Shown here: in pieces, positions 1-9,371 of the stretch
How positions within the stretch are numbered: position 1 is the stretch's first letter
Layout of the letters: the number at the start of each line of letters is the position of its first letter
Assembly (NCBI GenBank): GCA_965368945.1
Contig: CBDUOW010000001.1
Span: 1 to 37,852, forward strand
Length of the DNA stretch: 37,852 bases
Direction of reading: 5' to 3'
Source of the DNA: an uncultured Gammaproteobacteria bacterium
Lineage (GTDB): Bacteria; Pseudomonadota; Gammaproteobacteria; UBA6429; Thiohalophilaceae
The notes under the pieces: generated by a model
What the model saw: the letters and a program-made list of their open reading frames with translations, nothing else
Database searches by the model: none
Told to the model about the DNA's origin: nothing
Made by a program: the position numbers and the translations under genes

Positions 1-2
1 CG

Positions 3-863
3 GTGTCCGATGCCATTCGGCGTTCGCGTGCCGGCCTGTCCGATCCCGATCGGCCCAACGGTTCTTTTCTGTTTCTGGGGCCGACCGGTGTTGGCAAGAC
101 TGAACTGACCAAGGCGCTGGCTGAATTTTTATTCGATACCGACGACGCCATGGTGCGTATCGACATGTCCGAATTTATGGAAAAGCATTCTGTTGCGCGC
201 TTAGTAGGTGCCCCACCTGGATATGTCGGTTATGAAGAAGGCGGCTATTTAACCGAAGCGGTGCGGCGTAAGCCCTACTCGGTGATTTTGCTGGACGAAA
301 TCGAAAAGGCTCATCCGGATGTCTTTAATATATTGTTGCAGGTTCTGGACGATGGACGCCTTACCGATGGACAGGGCAGGACAGTGGACTTTCGGAATAC
401 TGTCGTGGTGATGACCTCTAATCTGGGTTCGCAGCAAATTCAGGAAATGGCCGGTGAAGAAAACTACGATGCCATGAAGAATGCCGTCATGCAGATCGTT
501 GGTAATCACTTCCGGCCGGAATTCATAAACCGGGTCGATGAGGTAGTGGTATTTCATCCCCTGGCTAAAGCGCAGATTCGCGCCATTGCCAGTATCCAGT
601 TTGAGTACCTGCGCAAGCGGTTACAGGATCGCAATATGGATCTACGCTTGACTGAAGCAGCATTGGATAAGATCGGTGAAGCAGGTTTTGATCCGGTATA
701 TGGTGCTCGCCCCTTGAAGCGCGTAATACAACAGGAAATCGAAAACAGCCTGGCGCAGCAAATACTGGCGGGTAATTTCATGCCGGGAGATGTTATTGAA
801 ATTGACGTGGCGGGTGATCAGTTCAGCTTCGGTAAGTCCGGGCATAAAGCCAGCGCAGCATAA
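3..863 (+). CDS. clpB: ClpB disaggregase, C-terminal part (5' end lies outside the window)
   Basis: ORF is open to the left window edge. It carries the second AAA+ module motifs GPTGVGKTE (Walker A), [10 protein letters not shown] (Walker B) and GARPLKR (sensor 2). The layout is typical of a ClpB C-terminus. Confidence 0.95.
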   Translation: MSDAIRRSRAGLSDPDRPNGSFLFLGPTGVGKTELTKALAEFLFDTDDAMVRIDMSEFMEKHSVARLVGAPPGYVGYEEGGYLTEAVRRKPYSVILLDEIEKAHPDVFNILLQVLDDGRLTDGQGRTVDFRNTVVVMTSNLGSQQIQEMAGEENYDAMKNAVMQIVGNHFRPEFINRVDEVVVFHPLAKAQIRAIASIQFEYLRKRLQDRNMDLRLTEAALDKIGEAGFDPVYGARPLKRVIQQEIENSLAQQILAGNFMPGDVIEIDVAGDQFSFGKSGHKASAA

Positions 864-989
864 GTGTTTACGTGAAAAATCTATCGGGCCCCGTCATCCT
901 GGCGGGTCTTTCTTATGGGCTTGCCGGGCGCTGTTGCCACGAATCTGATACCTGCTCTGAGGTATTTTCGATTAAATAATCTAAGAGTT

Positions 990-2540
990 TCACTCTGGCA
1001 CGTAGAGTGGCAAATCGAAGTAAAACTTCGTGCCAATGTCTTTATCACTTTCAAATCCGACAGTGCCGCCATGGGCTTCAATGATGGCTTTAACAATACT
1101 GAGACCCAGACCATAGCCACCACCAGATCGGCTGTCTGAACTGTCAGACTGGCTGAATTTTTCAAACACCCGACTCTTGAATTCGGATGGAATTCCAGGA
1201 CCTTTATCCTCAATGCAGACACGCACGCTATGCGCAGATGGCGTAAGCGTGATCTGGACAGTGTCATTGCGATTGCCATATTTGGCCGCATTGGTTAACA
1301 GGTTTGTCATTGCCTGGTAGAGACGATTCTGATCGGCATTTAGCAGTATCTCGTCTTGAGGTGGATTAAACGCAAAGACAACATTAAATTGACGGGCATA
1401 CTCCCGGTTTTCATCAATAGAGTGTTGGACAATATCAACCAAGTTAGCAGGCTGCATGTCAAAGTCCATTTTACCGCTTTCCAGTTGACGCATATCCAGC
1501 AGGTCATTAACTAACAGGATCAGACGTTGGCCGTTCTTCTGGGCAATATTGATCAACTCGCTTGCTTTTGCGGATAGTTGACCACCAACACCGTTGGCGA
1601 TAAGAGCCAGTGATCCATGGATCGCTGTCAACGGGGTACGTAGTTCATGACTGACAGTGGCAAGAAACTCATCACGCGCCACTTCAGCCTGACGGCGCAG
1701 AATCTCCGCCCGACGATACAGATAAAGCATGATAATGGCGAAAACCAGGAATGGTACGAAGATCATCAGTGATTGCAGGACTAATTGTCGTTGAAAATTT
1801 GAAAACAAACCGCTTCTGTATAATGCGACGATATCCCATTGCGTGCCTTGTACGCGGTGAACACTGACAATACGGTTGACTTCCTCAGGCGTTAAGTGAA
1901 AATCCTCACGATCCAGGCTGTTGCGTGGGCCATTTGCGGTAATTTCGATCAGTGGCTTTTCGCCAGGTAATATCAACATCAGTTCATAGTTTGCAGGTTG
2001 TACGTTGCTGAGCAGGTCACCCAGTAAATCAGCACTAAAACTAACGAATAAAATATGATTTGTTGTTGTGTCAGCCATTCTCGCCATAATGTCGAAATGA
2101 TACATAAATGGATGCGGGTGCAGGCGGGGAGAGTTCAGGTCGTTCAAGGCGAAGTCCACGATATCTACTTGACAGAGCATGTTCAGTTGGCCGTCAAAAT
2201 CGTCGATGTAAGTACCGCCCTCATAATCGGTTATGGTGAAGTTGAAGTAACCCGGAAAGAATTCCCGTAACTTGTCATTGAGTTGTTGATGATACGCTTC
2301 AGAATCAGGTTGCCGAATCACTTGATCGAGTAAAGGTCGTTGTTCTTTGCTGAATAACTTAACCAGACGCTTTTTATTGACAATGTAGCGTGCGATTTCA
2401 TCGGCAACACCAGTGGTCGCCTGACGTGCGACAGCTTCATTATGCCGGATAAATTCGTCATTTCTTGCTATGGCAATCCAGAGCAACACCAGCCCAAAGA
2501 AGGCCACGGTGATAAGGATAAAAACCGGATAACTTTTCAT
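990..2540 (-). CDS. Membrane sensor histidine kinase (TM, ~230-aa extracytoplasmic domain, TM, DHp/CA); no receiver domain
   Basis: Hydrophobic helices at about residues 5-25 and 255-277. H-box SHELRTPL, N-box LLTNAAKYG, G-boxes DKGPGIP and GGYGLGLSIV. No response regulator gene is adjacent. Confidence 0.9.
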   Translation of the reverse strand: MKSYPVFILITVAFFGLVLLWIAIARNDEFIRHNEAVARQATTGVADEIARYIVNKKRLVKLFSKEQRPLLDQVIRQPDSEAYHQQLNDKLREFFPGYFNFTITDYEGGTYIDDFDGQLNMLCQVDIVDFALNDLNSPRLHPHPFMYHFDIMARMADTTTNHILFVSFSADLLGDLLSNVQPANYELMLILPGEKPLIEITANGPRNSLDREDFHLTPEEVNRIVSVHRVQGTQWDIVALYRSGLFSNFQRQLVLQSLMIFVPFLVFAIIMLYLYRRAEILRRQAEVARDEFLATVSHELRTPLTAIHGSLALIANGVGGQLSAKASELINIAQKNGQRLILLVNDLLDMRQLESGKMDFDMQPANLVDIVQHSIDENREYARQFNVVFAFNPPQDEILLNADQNRLYQAMTNLLTNAAKYGNRNDTVQITLTPSAHSVRVCIEDKGPGIPSEFKSRVFEKFSQSDSSDSRSGGGYGLGLSIVKAIIEAHGGTVGFESDKDIGTKFYFDLPLYVPE

Positions 2541-2614
2541 TGGATATTAACCAGGCTGGTGCACCAGCTGATTGCTGTTCGGCATATTGATATATCGTTT
2601 CGCATAGGCGGCAG

Positions 2615-3229
2615 CTAGATATTCATGCCTGTTACCCTGTCCTTGGCTTGCAGGTATTCATGCTCAAGCAGGACGCCATCGTCTGTGAGACGACGTAATT
2701 CCTTAAGTTCGATTTCCAGCATTTGCTTCTTGTTTAAGGTGACAACCTGGCTGGCAGCCAGAACCCGGGTTTTCAATTCATCGGTGAAGTGCTTGAATTC
2801 CAGTTTATTTGGCCGGTTTTTTAACAAACTAATAAGTGGGCAGTTGCCATAACGACTTCTGAATTCCATGACATCAGGCGATGAATAGAGAAACATTAAT
2901 AAAGCAGCTAATGCTAATAATAGAAATAGCGTGATAAAGGGAATCAACTGGCCGATGGTTTCACTGTCGGGATGTAGATAGAGGTAAGCACTGTAGACTA
3001 TTGTTGCAAGACCGAAATAGCTTAATCCCAACAGCCAACGCCAGGATATGCGACGGTGCAGGATCGGCCAGGGTTCCAGCATGCCCATGTTCAAATGATA
3101 GGTTTTATCCCCGAATACATTATGGATATTAATTCTAATAAATTTGTCATTGTAGATTTCAAATCGACGCACTTCACCCTTGAACCGAGATTCCTGGACC
3201 ATGACCCGATTGATCTGCTTCCTAGCCAT
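2615..3229 (-). CDS. Two-TM membrane protein with a SHOCT-like C-terminal tail, function unknown
   Basis: 204-aa ORF with two central hydrophobic helices (LLGLSYFGLATIVYSAYLY and LIPFITLFLLLALAALLMFLY). The tail LKELRRLTDDGVLLEHEYLQAKDRV resembles the SHOCT short C-terminal domain. Co-oriented with the kinase gene 74 nt downstream, and visibly AT-rich. Confidence 0.65.
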   Translation of the reverse strand: MARKQINRVMVQESRFKGEVRRFEIYNDKFIRINIHNVFGDKTYHLNMGMLEPWPILHRRISWRWLLGLSYFGLATIVYSAYLYLHPDSETIGQLIPFITLFLLLALAALLMFLYSSPDVMEFRSRYGNCPLISLLKNRPNKLEFKHFTDELKTRVLAASQVVTLNKKQMLEIELKELRRLTDDGVLLEHEYLQAKDRVTGMNI

Positions 3230-3428
3230 AATTTCTGTTTTATTCAGAGATAATAAGTAATATTAGTTGGCTACCCAATCATAACCTAATGAAATGAGCT
3301 GCCGCCAACCCCACAGAGGTAGAAATTCTATTATCTTTAGCTTACTGAACTCTGGCGGTCTCCGAGGGTCATAGACCGAGTATAGTGATATAAATAATAT
3401 AGATGTCTGATTCAGAGAGAGAAACCCG

Positions 3429-4388
3429 ATGCGCATAAAAAAACCATCTGCTATCAAGCCCTCAGAGATCACGGATCGTTCAGTTTACATGAATCGGCGA
3501 AAATTCATGCAAACTACAAGCGGATTTTTTCTCGCCGGTGTTTCCAGCCTGGTAACGGCTAAAACTTCGGTACAGCAGCAGGGCTCCGGGTTGGCGAAAC
3601 TTGATTACCAGGCAACAGCAGCCTATTCGACTGATGAAGAGAAAACGCCATATGAACACGTCACTCAATACAATAACTTCTATGAGTTTGGAACTGATAA
3701 ATACTCACCTGCACTTGAGGCACAGAGCCTGACTACTCTGCCCTGGTCCGTGACGGTTGAAGGCGAGGTAGCGAAACCGGGGACCTATAACCTGGAAGAT
3801 ATTCTCAAACCGCATGCACTGGAAGAGCGTATCTATCGTTTACGTTGTGTGGAACGTTGGTCAATGGTGATTCCCTGGGTAGGTTTCCCATTGGCCGATT
3901 TAATTAAGCGTTTCGAACCGACCTCAAGAGCCAAATATGTGGAGTTCACTACCTTGCATCGGCCAGAGGAAATGCCGGGGCAAAAGCGCAGGGTGCTTGA
4001 CTGGCCCTATGTCGAAGGCTTGCGTATGGATGAGGCCATGCATCCATTAACAATTATGGCAGTCGGTTTATATGGTGAAGCGCTACCGAATCAGAATGGC
4101 GCGCCTCTACGTCTGGTCGTGCCATGGAAATATGGTTTTAAGAGTATTAAATCCATTGTCAAGATACGTTTTACTGAACAGCAACCAGTCAGTGCCTGGA
4201 CACGTACTGCACCCCATGAATACGGGTTCTATGCTAATGTAAATCCGGAGGTTGATCATCCGCGCTGGAGTCAGGGACGTGAGCGGCGGCTGGGTGAATT
4301 TCTCAAACGCAAGACCCTGCTGTTCAACGGCTATGCGGATGAGGTCGCGAGCCTGTATACAGGCATGGATTTAAGCAAATATTATTAA
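3429..4388 (+). CDS. msrP: Periplasmic protein-methionine-sulfoxide reductase, molybdopterin catalytic subunit MsrP (YedY)
   Basis: Twin-arginine signal (NRRKFMQ). Full-length resemblance to E. coli MsrP, for example [46 protein letters not shown] and VDHPRWSQ. E. coli MsrP has a comparable N-terminal extension; an alternative start is at 3489. Confidence 0.92.
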   Translation: MRIKKPSAIKPSEITDRSVYMNRRKFMQTTSGFFLAGVSSLVTAKTSVQQQGSGLAKLDYQATAAYSTDEEKTPYEHVTQYNNFYEFGTDKYSPALEAQSLTTLPWSVTVEGEVAKPGTYNLEDILKPHALEERIYRLRCVERWSMVIPWVGFPLADLIKRFEPTSRAKYVEFTTLHRPEEMPGQKRRVLDWPYVEGLRMDEAMHPLTIMAVGLYGEALPNQNGAPLRLVVPWKYGFKSIKSIVKIRFTEQQPVSAWTRTAPHEYGFYANVNPEVDHPRWSQGRERRLGEFLKRKTLLFNGYADEVASLYTGMDLSKYY

Positions 4389-4467
4389 CCGAAGGTATAT
4401 GGCAAGCTGCAGTACGGTTTGCATATGCCGTTTGCTCTGATAATCACCATTTCATTTCCTGCAACTA

Positions 4468-5079
4468 ATGTCGTTGTCACATATACAATTCGCCAAGCTG
4501 GCATTGTTTGTTGTTAGCCTGATTCCCGCCGCAGTACTGGGTTGGAATTTTTTCCATGATCAGTTGGGGGCCAATCCCTTTGAGGCACTGACCCGCGAAT
4601 CAGGGGAATGGACCCTGCGCTTCCTGTTAGTGACTCTGCTAATGACACCCTTGCGAGGCATTTTGCATCAGTCCTGGCCGTTGCAACTGCGGCGCATGCT
4701 GGGCTTGTACAGTTTTTTCTATGCCTGCCTGCATCTTCTGACCTATTTGTGGTTTGATCAATTTTTCGACTGGCAGGAAATCAGCAAGGATATTCTGAAA
4801 CGTCCCTTTATTACCGTCGGGATTGCGGCATGGATCCTGTTGTTACCCCTGGCGGTCACTTCAACAAATGGCATGATGCGGCGTCTGGGACGCCGCTGGA
4901 AACGTTTGCATCGCAGTATTTATCTGATTGCCTCACTGGGGGTGCTGCATTTTCTATTGATGGTGAAGGCGGATCTGCGTGAACCCTTGATCTACGCAGG
5001 TATACTCCTGATTTTACTGGGATATCGTGTGACCAAGTGGTGGCAAAAGCGGGCATTTTCGATTCCGGCCCGGCAATAA
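4468..5079 (+). CDS. msrQ: MsrQ (YedZ), haem-b membrane subunit of the MsrPQ system
   Basis: 203-aa polytopic membrane ORF directly downstream of msrP. It carries the conserved His-containing helices (LHLLTYLWF, LHRSIYL, VLHFLLMVK) and the PLIYAG motif seen in E. coli MsrQ. Confidence 0.9.
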   Translation: MSLSHIQFAKLALFVVSLIPAAVLGWNFFHDQLGANPFEALTRESGEWTLRFLLVTLLMTPLRGILHQSWPLQLRRMLGLYSFFYACLHLLTYLWFDQFFDWQEISKDILKRPFITVGIAAWILLLPLAVTSTNGMMRRLGRRWKRLHRSIYLIASLGVLHFLLMVKADLREPLIYAGILLILLGYRVTKWWQKRAFSIPARQ

Positions 5080-5316
5080 CACATGAATCAATTTTAGCAG
5101 TGGTGCGTTGCCACTCTGTATGCAGGCTGCAAATCGCAACATTTTTGTGAAATTTTATTCACAGCGTGCCCAGGCCCTGCCAGAAAGGAACGGTTTGTAC
5201 TATGATGCGCCGCTGAACAAATAAAAAGACATAACAATTAAATGTACGCGCACGCTGAACAAGCGCGGCCAAATATCGTGTAGAAAAACAAATACTTAAG
5301 TTAGGAGGAAGACTCA

Positions 5317-7107
5317 ATGTCTATCAATCGCCGTGAATTTATCCAAATCATGGGGATGGCGGCGGCGGCCGGCATGTTACCCGGGTGTGATAGCAAGACC
5401 AGCGGGACCGCCGGCGTAACCACCAGCAGTCAGGCACCCAAGGATCCCTATGCGTTGCCACAGTTTGGCAATGTCAACCTGATGCACTTTACCGATTGTC
5501 ATGCCCAGTTGTTACCGATCTATTTCCGTGAACCCAACGTCAACCTGGGCATTGGTGAGGCCCTGGGTCGCCCCCCGCATCTCGTGGGTGAAAAGCTGTT
5601 AGCGCATTTTGGTATTCAACCGAATACCCTGGAGGCACATGCCTTTACTTACCTGAATTTCGCCGAAGCATCCAAAACCTATGGCAAGGTGGGTGGCTTT
5701 GCGCATTTACGCACCCTGGTTAAACGTCTGCGTGCGGATTTGGGCGTCAACAAGACCCTGTTGCTGGACGGCGGGGACACCTGGCAGGGATCCGGTACCG
5801 CATACTGGACTCGTGGCAAGGACATGGTGGGTGCCTGTAACCGCCTGGGTGTCGACGTCATGACCGGCCATTGGGAATTCACTTATATGGACAATGAAGT
5901 GATCTCCAATATCGGGGACTTCAATGGTGATTTCGTCAGTCAGAATGTCTTTGTTAACGATGACGCGGCTTTTGATTATCAGTTCGCGGATTTTGATGGC
6001 TTTAATGAAGATACCCAACGGGCGTTCAAACCCTATGTGATCAAGGACATGAATGGGGTACGCGTGGCGGTGATCGGGCAGGCATTCCCTTATACACCGA
6101 TTGCCAACCCGAGTCGTTTTATCCCTGACTGGACATTCGGTATCCGTGATGGGGATATGCAGGCTATCGTCAATACCGTGCGCGAGAATGAAAAACCGGA
6201 TGTGGTCGTGGTGCTCTCGCACAACGGCATGGATGTGGATCTGAAAATGGCATCCATAGTGAGTGGGATTGATGTGATTTTCGGTGGCCATACTCATGAT
6301 GGGATACCGGCGCCGAGCGTTGTTAAAAACAAGGGCGGTCAGACTCTCGTTACCAACGCCGGTTCCAACGGCAAATTCCTGGGTGTGATGCAACTCGATG
6401 TCCGCAACGGTAAGGTGCAGGATTTCCGCTACAAATTGATGCCGGTCTTCTCCAACTTACTGGAACCGGATGCAGAAATGTCAGCCTACATCGAGGATGT
6501 ACGTAAGCCCTATGTCGATATCTTGCGTGAGGAGCTGGCGGTGGCGGATACGGTGTTGTACCGCCGTGGTAATTTCAATGGCACTTTTGATCAAATCATC
6601 TGCGATGCCTTGCGTAAGGTGGGTGGGGCGCAAATCGCGCTCTCGCCCGGCTTCCGCTGGGGTACCTCGGTACTACCGGGGCAGGCAATCACCATGGACA
6701 ATGTCATGGATCAGACCTGTATCACCTATCCGGAAACCTATGTACGCGAGATGAGCGGACAGACTATCAAGGATATCCTGGAGGATGTGGCCGATAACCT
6801 GTTTAACCCGGACCCTTATTATCAACAGGGCGGCGATATGGTGCGCGTGGGGGGACTGGATTACACCATTGACCCGAAACAGAAAATCGGCAAGCGAATC
6901 ACCGATATGCGACTGGATGACGGCACGATGATCGAGGCGGACAAGAATTACACTGTCGCCGGGTGGGCCACGGTGGGTGAGAAAGCCCCCGGCAAACCCA
7001 TTTGGGAAGTGGTGGCTGAATATCTGCGTGACGAGAAAGTTGCCAAGATCGCTAAGCTGAATTCACCGAAAATCGTCGGCATGGATGGCAACCCGGGGAT
7101 TTCCTGA
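5317..7107 (+). CDS. soxB: Thiosulfohydrolase SoxB (sulfur-oxidation Sox system, dinuclear metallophosphoesterase / 5'-nucleotidase fold)
   Basis: Tat signal NRREFIQIMGMAAAAGMLPGC and metal motif HFTDCHAQLLPIYFREPNVNLGIGEA. Also GGDTWQGS, GHWEF and GGHTHD, plus a 5'-nucleotidase-type C-terminal domain. Strong SD AGGAGG at 5303-5308. Confidence 0.92.
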   Translation: MSINRREFIQIMGMAAAAGMLPGCDSKTSGTAGVTTSSQAPKDPYALPQFGNVNLMHFTDCHAQLLPIYFREPNVNLGIGEALGRPPHLVGEKLLAHFGIQPNTLEAHAFTYLNFAEASKTYGKVGGFAHLRTLVKRLRADLGVNKTLLLDGGDTWQGSGTAYWTRGKDMVGACNRLGVDVMTGHWEFTYMDNEVISNIGDFNGDFVSQNVFVNDDAAFDYQFADFDGFNEDTQRAFKPYVIKDMNGVRVAVIGQAFPYTPIANPSRFIPDWTFGIRDGDMQAIVNTVRENEKPDVVVVLSHNGMDVDLKMASIVSGIDVIFGGHTHDGIPAPSVVKNKGGQTLVTNAGSNGKFLGVMQLDVRNGKVQDFRYKLMPVFSNLLEPDAEMSAYIEDVRKPYVDILREELAVADTVLYRRGNFNGTFDQIICDALRKVGGAQIALSPGFRWGTSVLPGQAITMDNVMDQTCITYPETYVREMSGQTIKDILEDVADNLFNPDPYYQQGGDMVRVGGLDYTIDPKQKIGKRITDMRLDDGTMIEADKNYTVAGWATVGEKAPGKPIWEVVAEYLRDEKVAKIAKLNSPKIVGMDGNPGIS

Positions 7108-7135
7108 AATTAACCCGCGTGCTAAAGCAAAAAAG

Positions 7136-7159
7136 GGAAGGCAGTGCCTTCCTTTTTTT
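7136..7159. terminator. Bidirectional intrinsic terminator between convergent soxB and hemH
   Basis: Stem GGAAGGCA (7136-7143) pairs with TGCCTTCC (7145-7152). It is flanked by an A-run upstream and a T-run (7153-7159) downstream, so it reads as hairpin plus U-tract on both strands. Confidence 0.7.
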
Positions 7160-7198
7160 ATTCAGATGCTTGTTTGAAACTTGAGTCGTCAACACGGC

Positions 7199-8284
7199 TC
7201 AGGTTTTTGCTCCCAAGGCTTTGGCTCGCTCACTGGTGGTGTCTTGGCGTGCCGGGAGGGTTAACCAGTCCCCTGCATGCTGCTTGATTACATCCGCCAT
7301 GACTTGAATATGGCCTGCCTCGGCGTTGAGGGCCGGGATATAGTGAAACTGTTCTCCCCCCGCCTGTAAAAAGATCTCGCGATTTTGCATATTGATCTCC
7401 TCCAGCGTTTCCAGGCAATCGGCGGAGAATCCGGGGCAAATGATCTGTACACGGCGAACCCCTTGCCTGGCCAGTTTCTCCAGAGTGTGATCCGTGTAAG
7501 GTTGCAACCAGGGCTCGGGTCCAAAGCGTGACTGGAAAGTGGTCTCCCATTCCGTGTCTTGCAGTTGTAACGCTTGAGCAACCAGGCGAGCCGTTTTGTG
7601 ACATTCACAAAAATAGGGATCGCCTGCATCCAGGTAACGTTGCGGCAGGCCATGAAAGGAAAATAACAGCTTCGCTGCCCGCCCGTGCGATCCCCAGGCC
7701 CGCTGGATGGAAGCCACCAGGGCCTGAATATAGGACGGGTGGTCGTGGTAATGATTAACGAAGCGCAGTTCAGGTACCCAGCGCCAGTGCTGCAGCTCTT
7801 GCGTCACCGCATCGAGGGTGGATGCGGTGGTGGTGGCGGAATACTGGGGATACAGGGGCAATACCAGAACACGCCGCGCACCGGCCTCACGCAATGATTG
7901 CAGGCCCGCCGCAATGGAAGGTTCACCGTAGCGCATGGCCAGGGCTACCTTTACCGGTGCGGCAAACAAGGGTTCGAGGGCGGCCTGCAACTGCCCCGCC
8001 TGTTGCTGACTGATATGCAGCAGGGGTGACCCCTGTTCGGTCCAGATTTTCGCATAGGCCTTGGCGGCCCGCCTGGGCCGCAAGCGCAGGATAATGCCAT
8101 GCAGGACCAGCCACCATAACCAGCGGGGTTGTTCCACCACGCGGGGATCCCACAGGAATTCCGCCAGATAAGGTCGAATGGCCGCGGCCGTCGGCGCGGC
8201 CGGCGTGCCCAGGTTCGTCAGCAGAATGCCGCTGCATTCGGCTTGATCATGCTGGAATTGGCTGGCACTGGTATAACGTGACAT
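7199..8284 (-). CDS. hemH: Ferrochelatase
   Basis: 361-aa ORF with family motifs LLTNLGTP, LPLYPQYSATTT, LFSFHGLP and CPGFSADCLETLEEI. It is clearly more GC-rich than its neighbours, which explains the many shadow ORFs on both strands. Confidence 0.93.
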   Translation of the reverse strand: MSRYTSASQFQHDQAECSGILLTNLGTPAAPTAAAIRPYLAEFLWDPRVVEQPRWLWWLVLHGIILRLRPRRAAKAYAKIWTEQGSPLLHISQQQAGQLQAALEPLFAAPVKVALAMRYGEPSIAAGLQSLREAGARRVLVLPLYPQYSATTTASTLDAVTQELQHWRWVPELRFVNHYHDHPSYIQALVASIQRAWGSHGRAAKLLFSFHGLPQRYLDAGDPYFCECHKTARLVAQALQLQDTEWETTFQSRFGPEPWLQPYTDHTLEKLARQGVRRVQIICPGFSADCLETLEEINMQNREIFLQAGGEQFHYIPALNAEAGHIQVMADVIKQHAGDWLTLPARQDTTSERAKALGAKT

Positions 8285-8365
8285 TTATAAAGGTCCCTGT
8301 GTGAATGTAGCTGCTATTATCCTTGAGACATGCATAAAAGCAAAAGCTAAATAAAGAACATAACG

Positions 8366-9316
8366 ATGAAAGGCGTTTTTCTTGATCTGGCCAGCGTTGC
8401 TAATGATGATTTGAATCTCGGTCAATTAGAAGAAGTGCTGGATGACTGGGATTTCTATCCTCACACCGAAGCTTCGCAGTTGGCCAGTCGTCTGCAAGGC
8501 GCGGAAGTGGTGGTCAGCAATAAAGTAATGTTGACGCGTGAAGTATTAGCCAGCGCCGAGCAACTGCGACTGATCTGTGTCGCCGCGACGGGCACCAACA
8601 ATGTTGATCTGGATGCGGCCAGGGAACTGGGTATTGCGGTTACCAATGTTCGCGCCTACGGTACCGCTTCGGTGGCGCAACATGTGTTTGCTCTTATCCT
8701 GTCCTTGCACCGCCAGATACCCGCTTATCAACAGGCGGTCAGGCAAGGCCGCTGGCAACAAAGTAAATTCTTCTGTTTACTGGATTTTCCGATCGAGGAA
8801 TTAACCGGCAATGTTCTTGGAATTGTCGGCTATGGTGAGTTGGGGCAAGCGGTGGCAAGGACAGCCGCCTGTTTTGATATGGAGGTACGGATTGCGCAAC
8901 GCAATGCGGATGACACCCGGACTAGGCGGGTACCTTTGGAGGCATTGTTGGCCGAAGCGGATGTGCTTAGTTTGCATTGTCCATTAACGGAAGAAAACCG
9001 GGGGATGATTGGTGAAACCCAACTGCGGTTAATGAAGCCGAGCGCCATTCTTATCAATGCGGCTCGTGGAGGACTGGTGGATGAAACTGCTCTGGCGAGG
9101 GCATTACAAGAAGGCTGGATTGCAGGTGCCGGTGTTGATGTGTTGGAGCAGGAACCTCCGGATGGAAGCAGTCCTCTATTAGCGGACATACCGAATTTAA
9201 TATTAACACCGCATGTTGCCTGGGCCAGTCGTCCTGCCCGCCAGCGTTTATTGAACCAGGTCATCGATATCATTCGCGATTATCACACTGGCACCATTCG
9301 TAACCGCATTGCCTGA
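8366..9316 (+). CDS. D-isomer-specific 2-hydroxyacid dehydrogenase (glycerate dehydrogenase / hydroxypyruvate reductase-like)
   Basis: NAD-binding GIVGYGELGQAV, catalytic-region ARGGLVDE, and a C-terminal LTPHVAWAS containing the catalytic His. The 316-aa length is typical of the family. Confidence 0.88.
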   Translation: MKGVFLDLASVANDDLNLGQLEEVLDDWDFYPHTEASQLASRLQGAEVVVSNKVMLTREVLASAEQLRLICVAATGTNNVDLDAARELGIAVTNVRAYGTASVAQHVFALILSLHRQIPAYQQAVRQGRWQQSKFFCLLDFPIEELTGNVLGIVGYGELGQAVARTAACFDMEVRIAQRNADDTRTRRVPLEALLAEADVLSLHCPLTEENRGMIGETQLRLMKPSAILINAARGGLVDETALARALQEGWIAGAGVDVLEQEPPDGSSPLLADIPNLILTPHVAWASRPARQRLLNQVIDIIRDYHTGTIRNRIA

Positions 9317-9371
9317 TTAAACGCTAGCACTTCTCATTCTGACGATAAGGTTGATTAAACTTGCTTGATAC

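Noticed and set aside
948-970. Possible clpB terminator: ATACCT-GCTCTG-AGGTAT followed by TTTCG.
   Set aside because: It is only a 6-bp AT-rich stem with a short, interrupted U-tract. That is too weak to call.
2555-2568. Perfect 14-bp palindrome GCTGGTGCACCAGC, 15 nt upstream of the kinase start codon.
   Set aside because: About two spacer-less 14-bp palindromes are expected by chance in 38 kb. There is no flanking U-tract and no second copy. Noted only as a possible minor hairpin between the two co-oriented genes.
3242-3418. Direct 9-mer repeat ATTCAGAGA at 3242-3250 and 3410-3418, each about 11-13 nt from one of the divergent start codons (the SHOCT-protein gene and msrP).
   Set aside because: It is a single pair of 9-mers in very AT-rich, purine-rich DNA. 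The second copy is probably just part of the msrP SD region (GAGAGAGAAA). There is not enough evidence for a regulatory site.
5707-6393. Long antisense or out-of-frame ORFs inside well-supported genes. Examples are 5707-6393(-) in soxB, 11595-12308(+) in ettA, 33516-34130(-) in DUF1015, 35709-36299(+) in the FimX-like gene, and several ORFs across hemH at 7230-8237.
   Set aside because: Each is fully embedded in a gene with strong family motifs. Their translations are low-complexity or Arg/Pro/Gly-rich with no recognisable motif. They cluster where GC is high, which suppresses stop codons. They are shadow ORFs.
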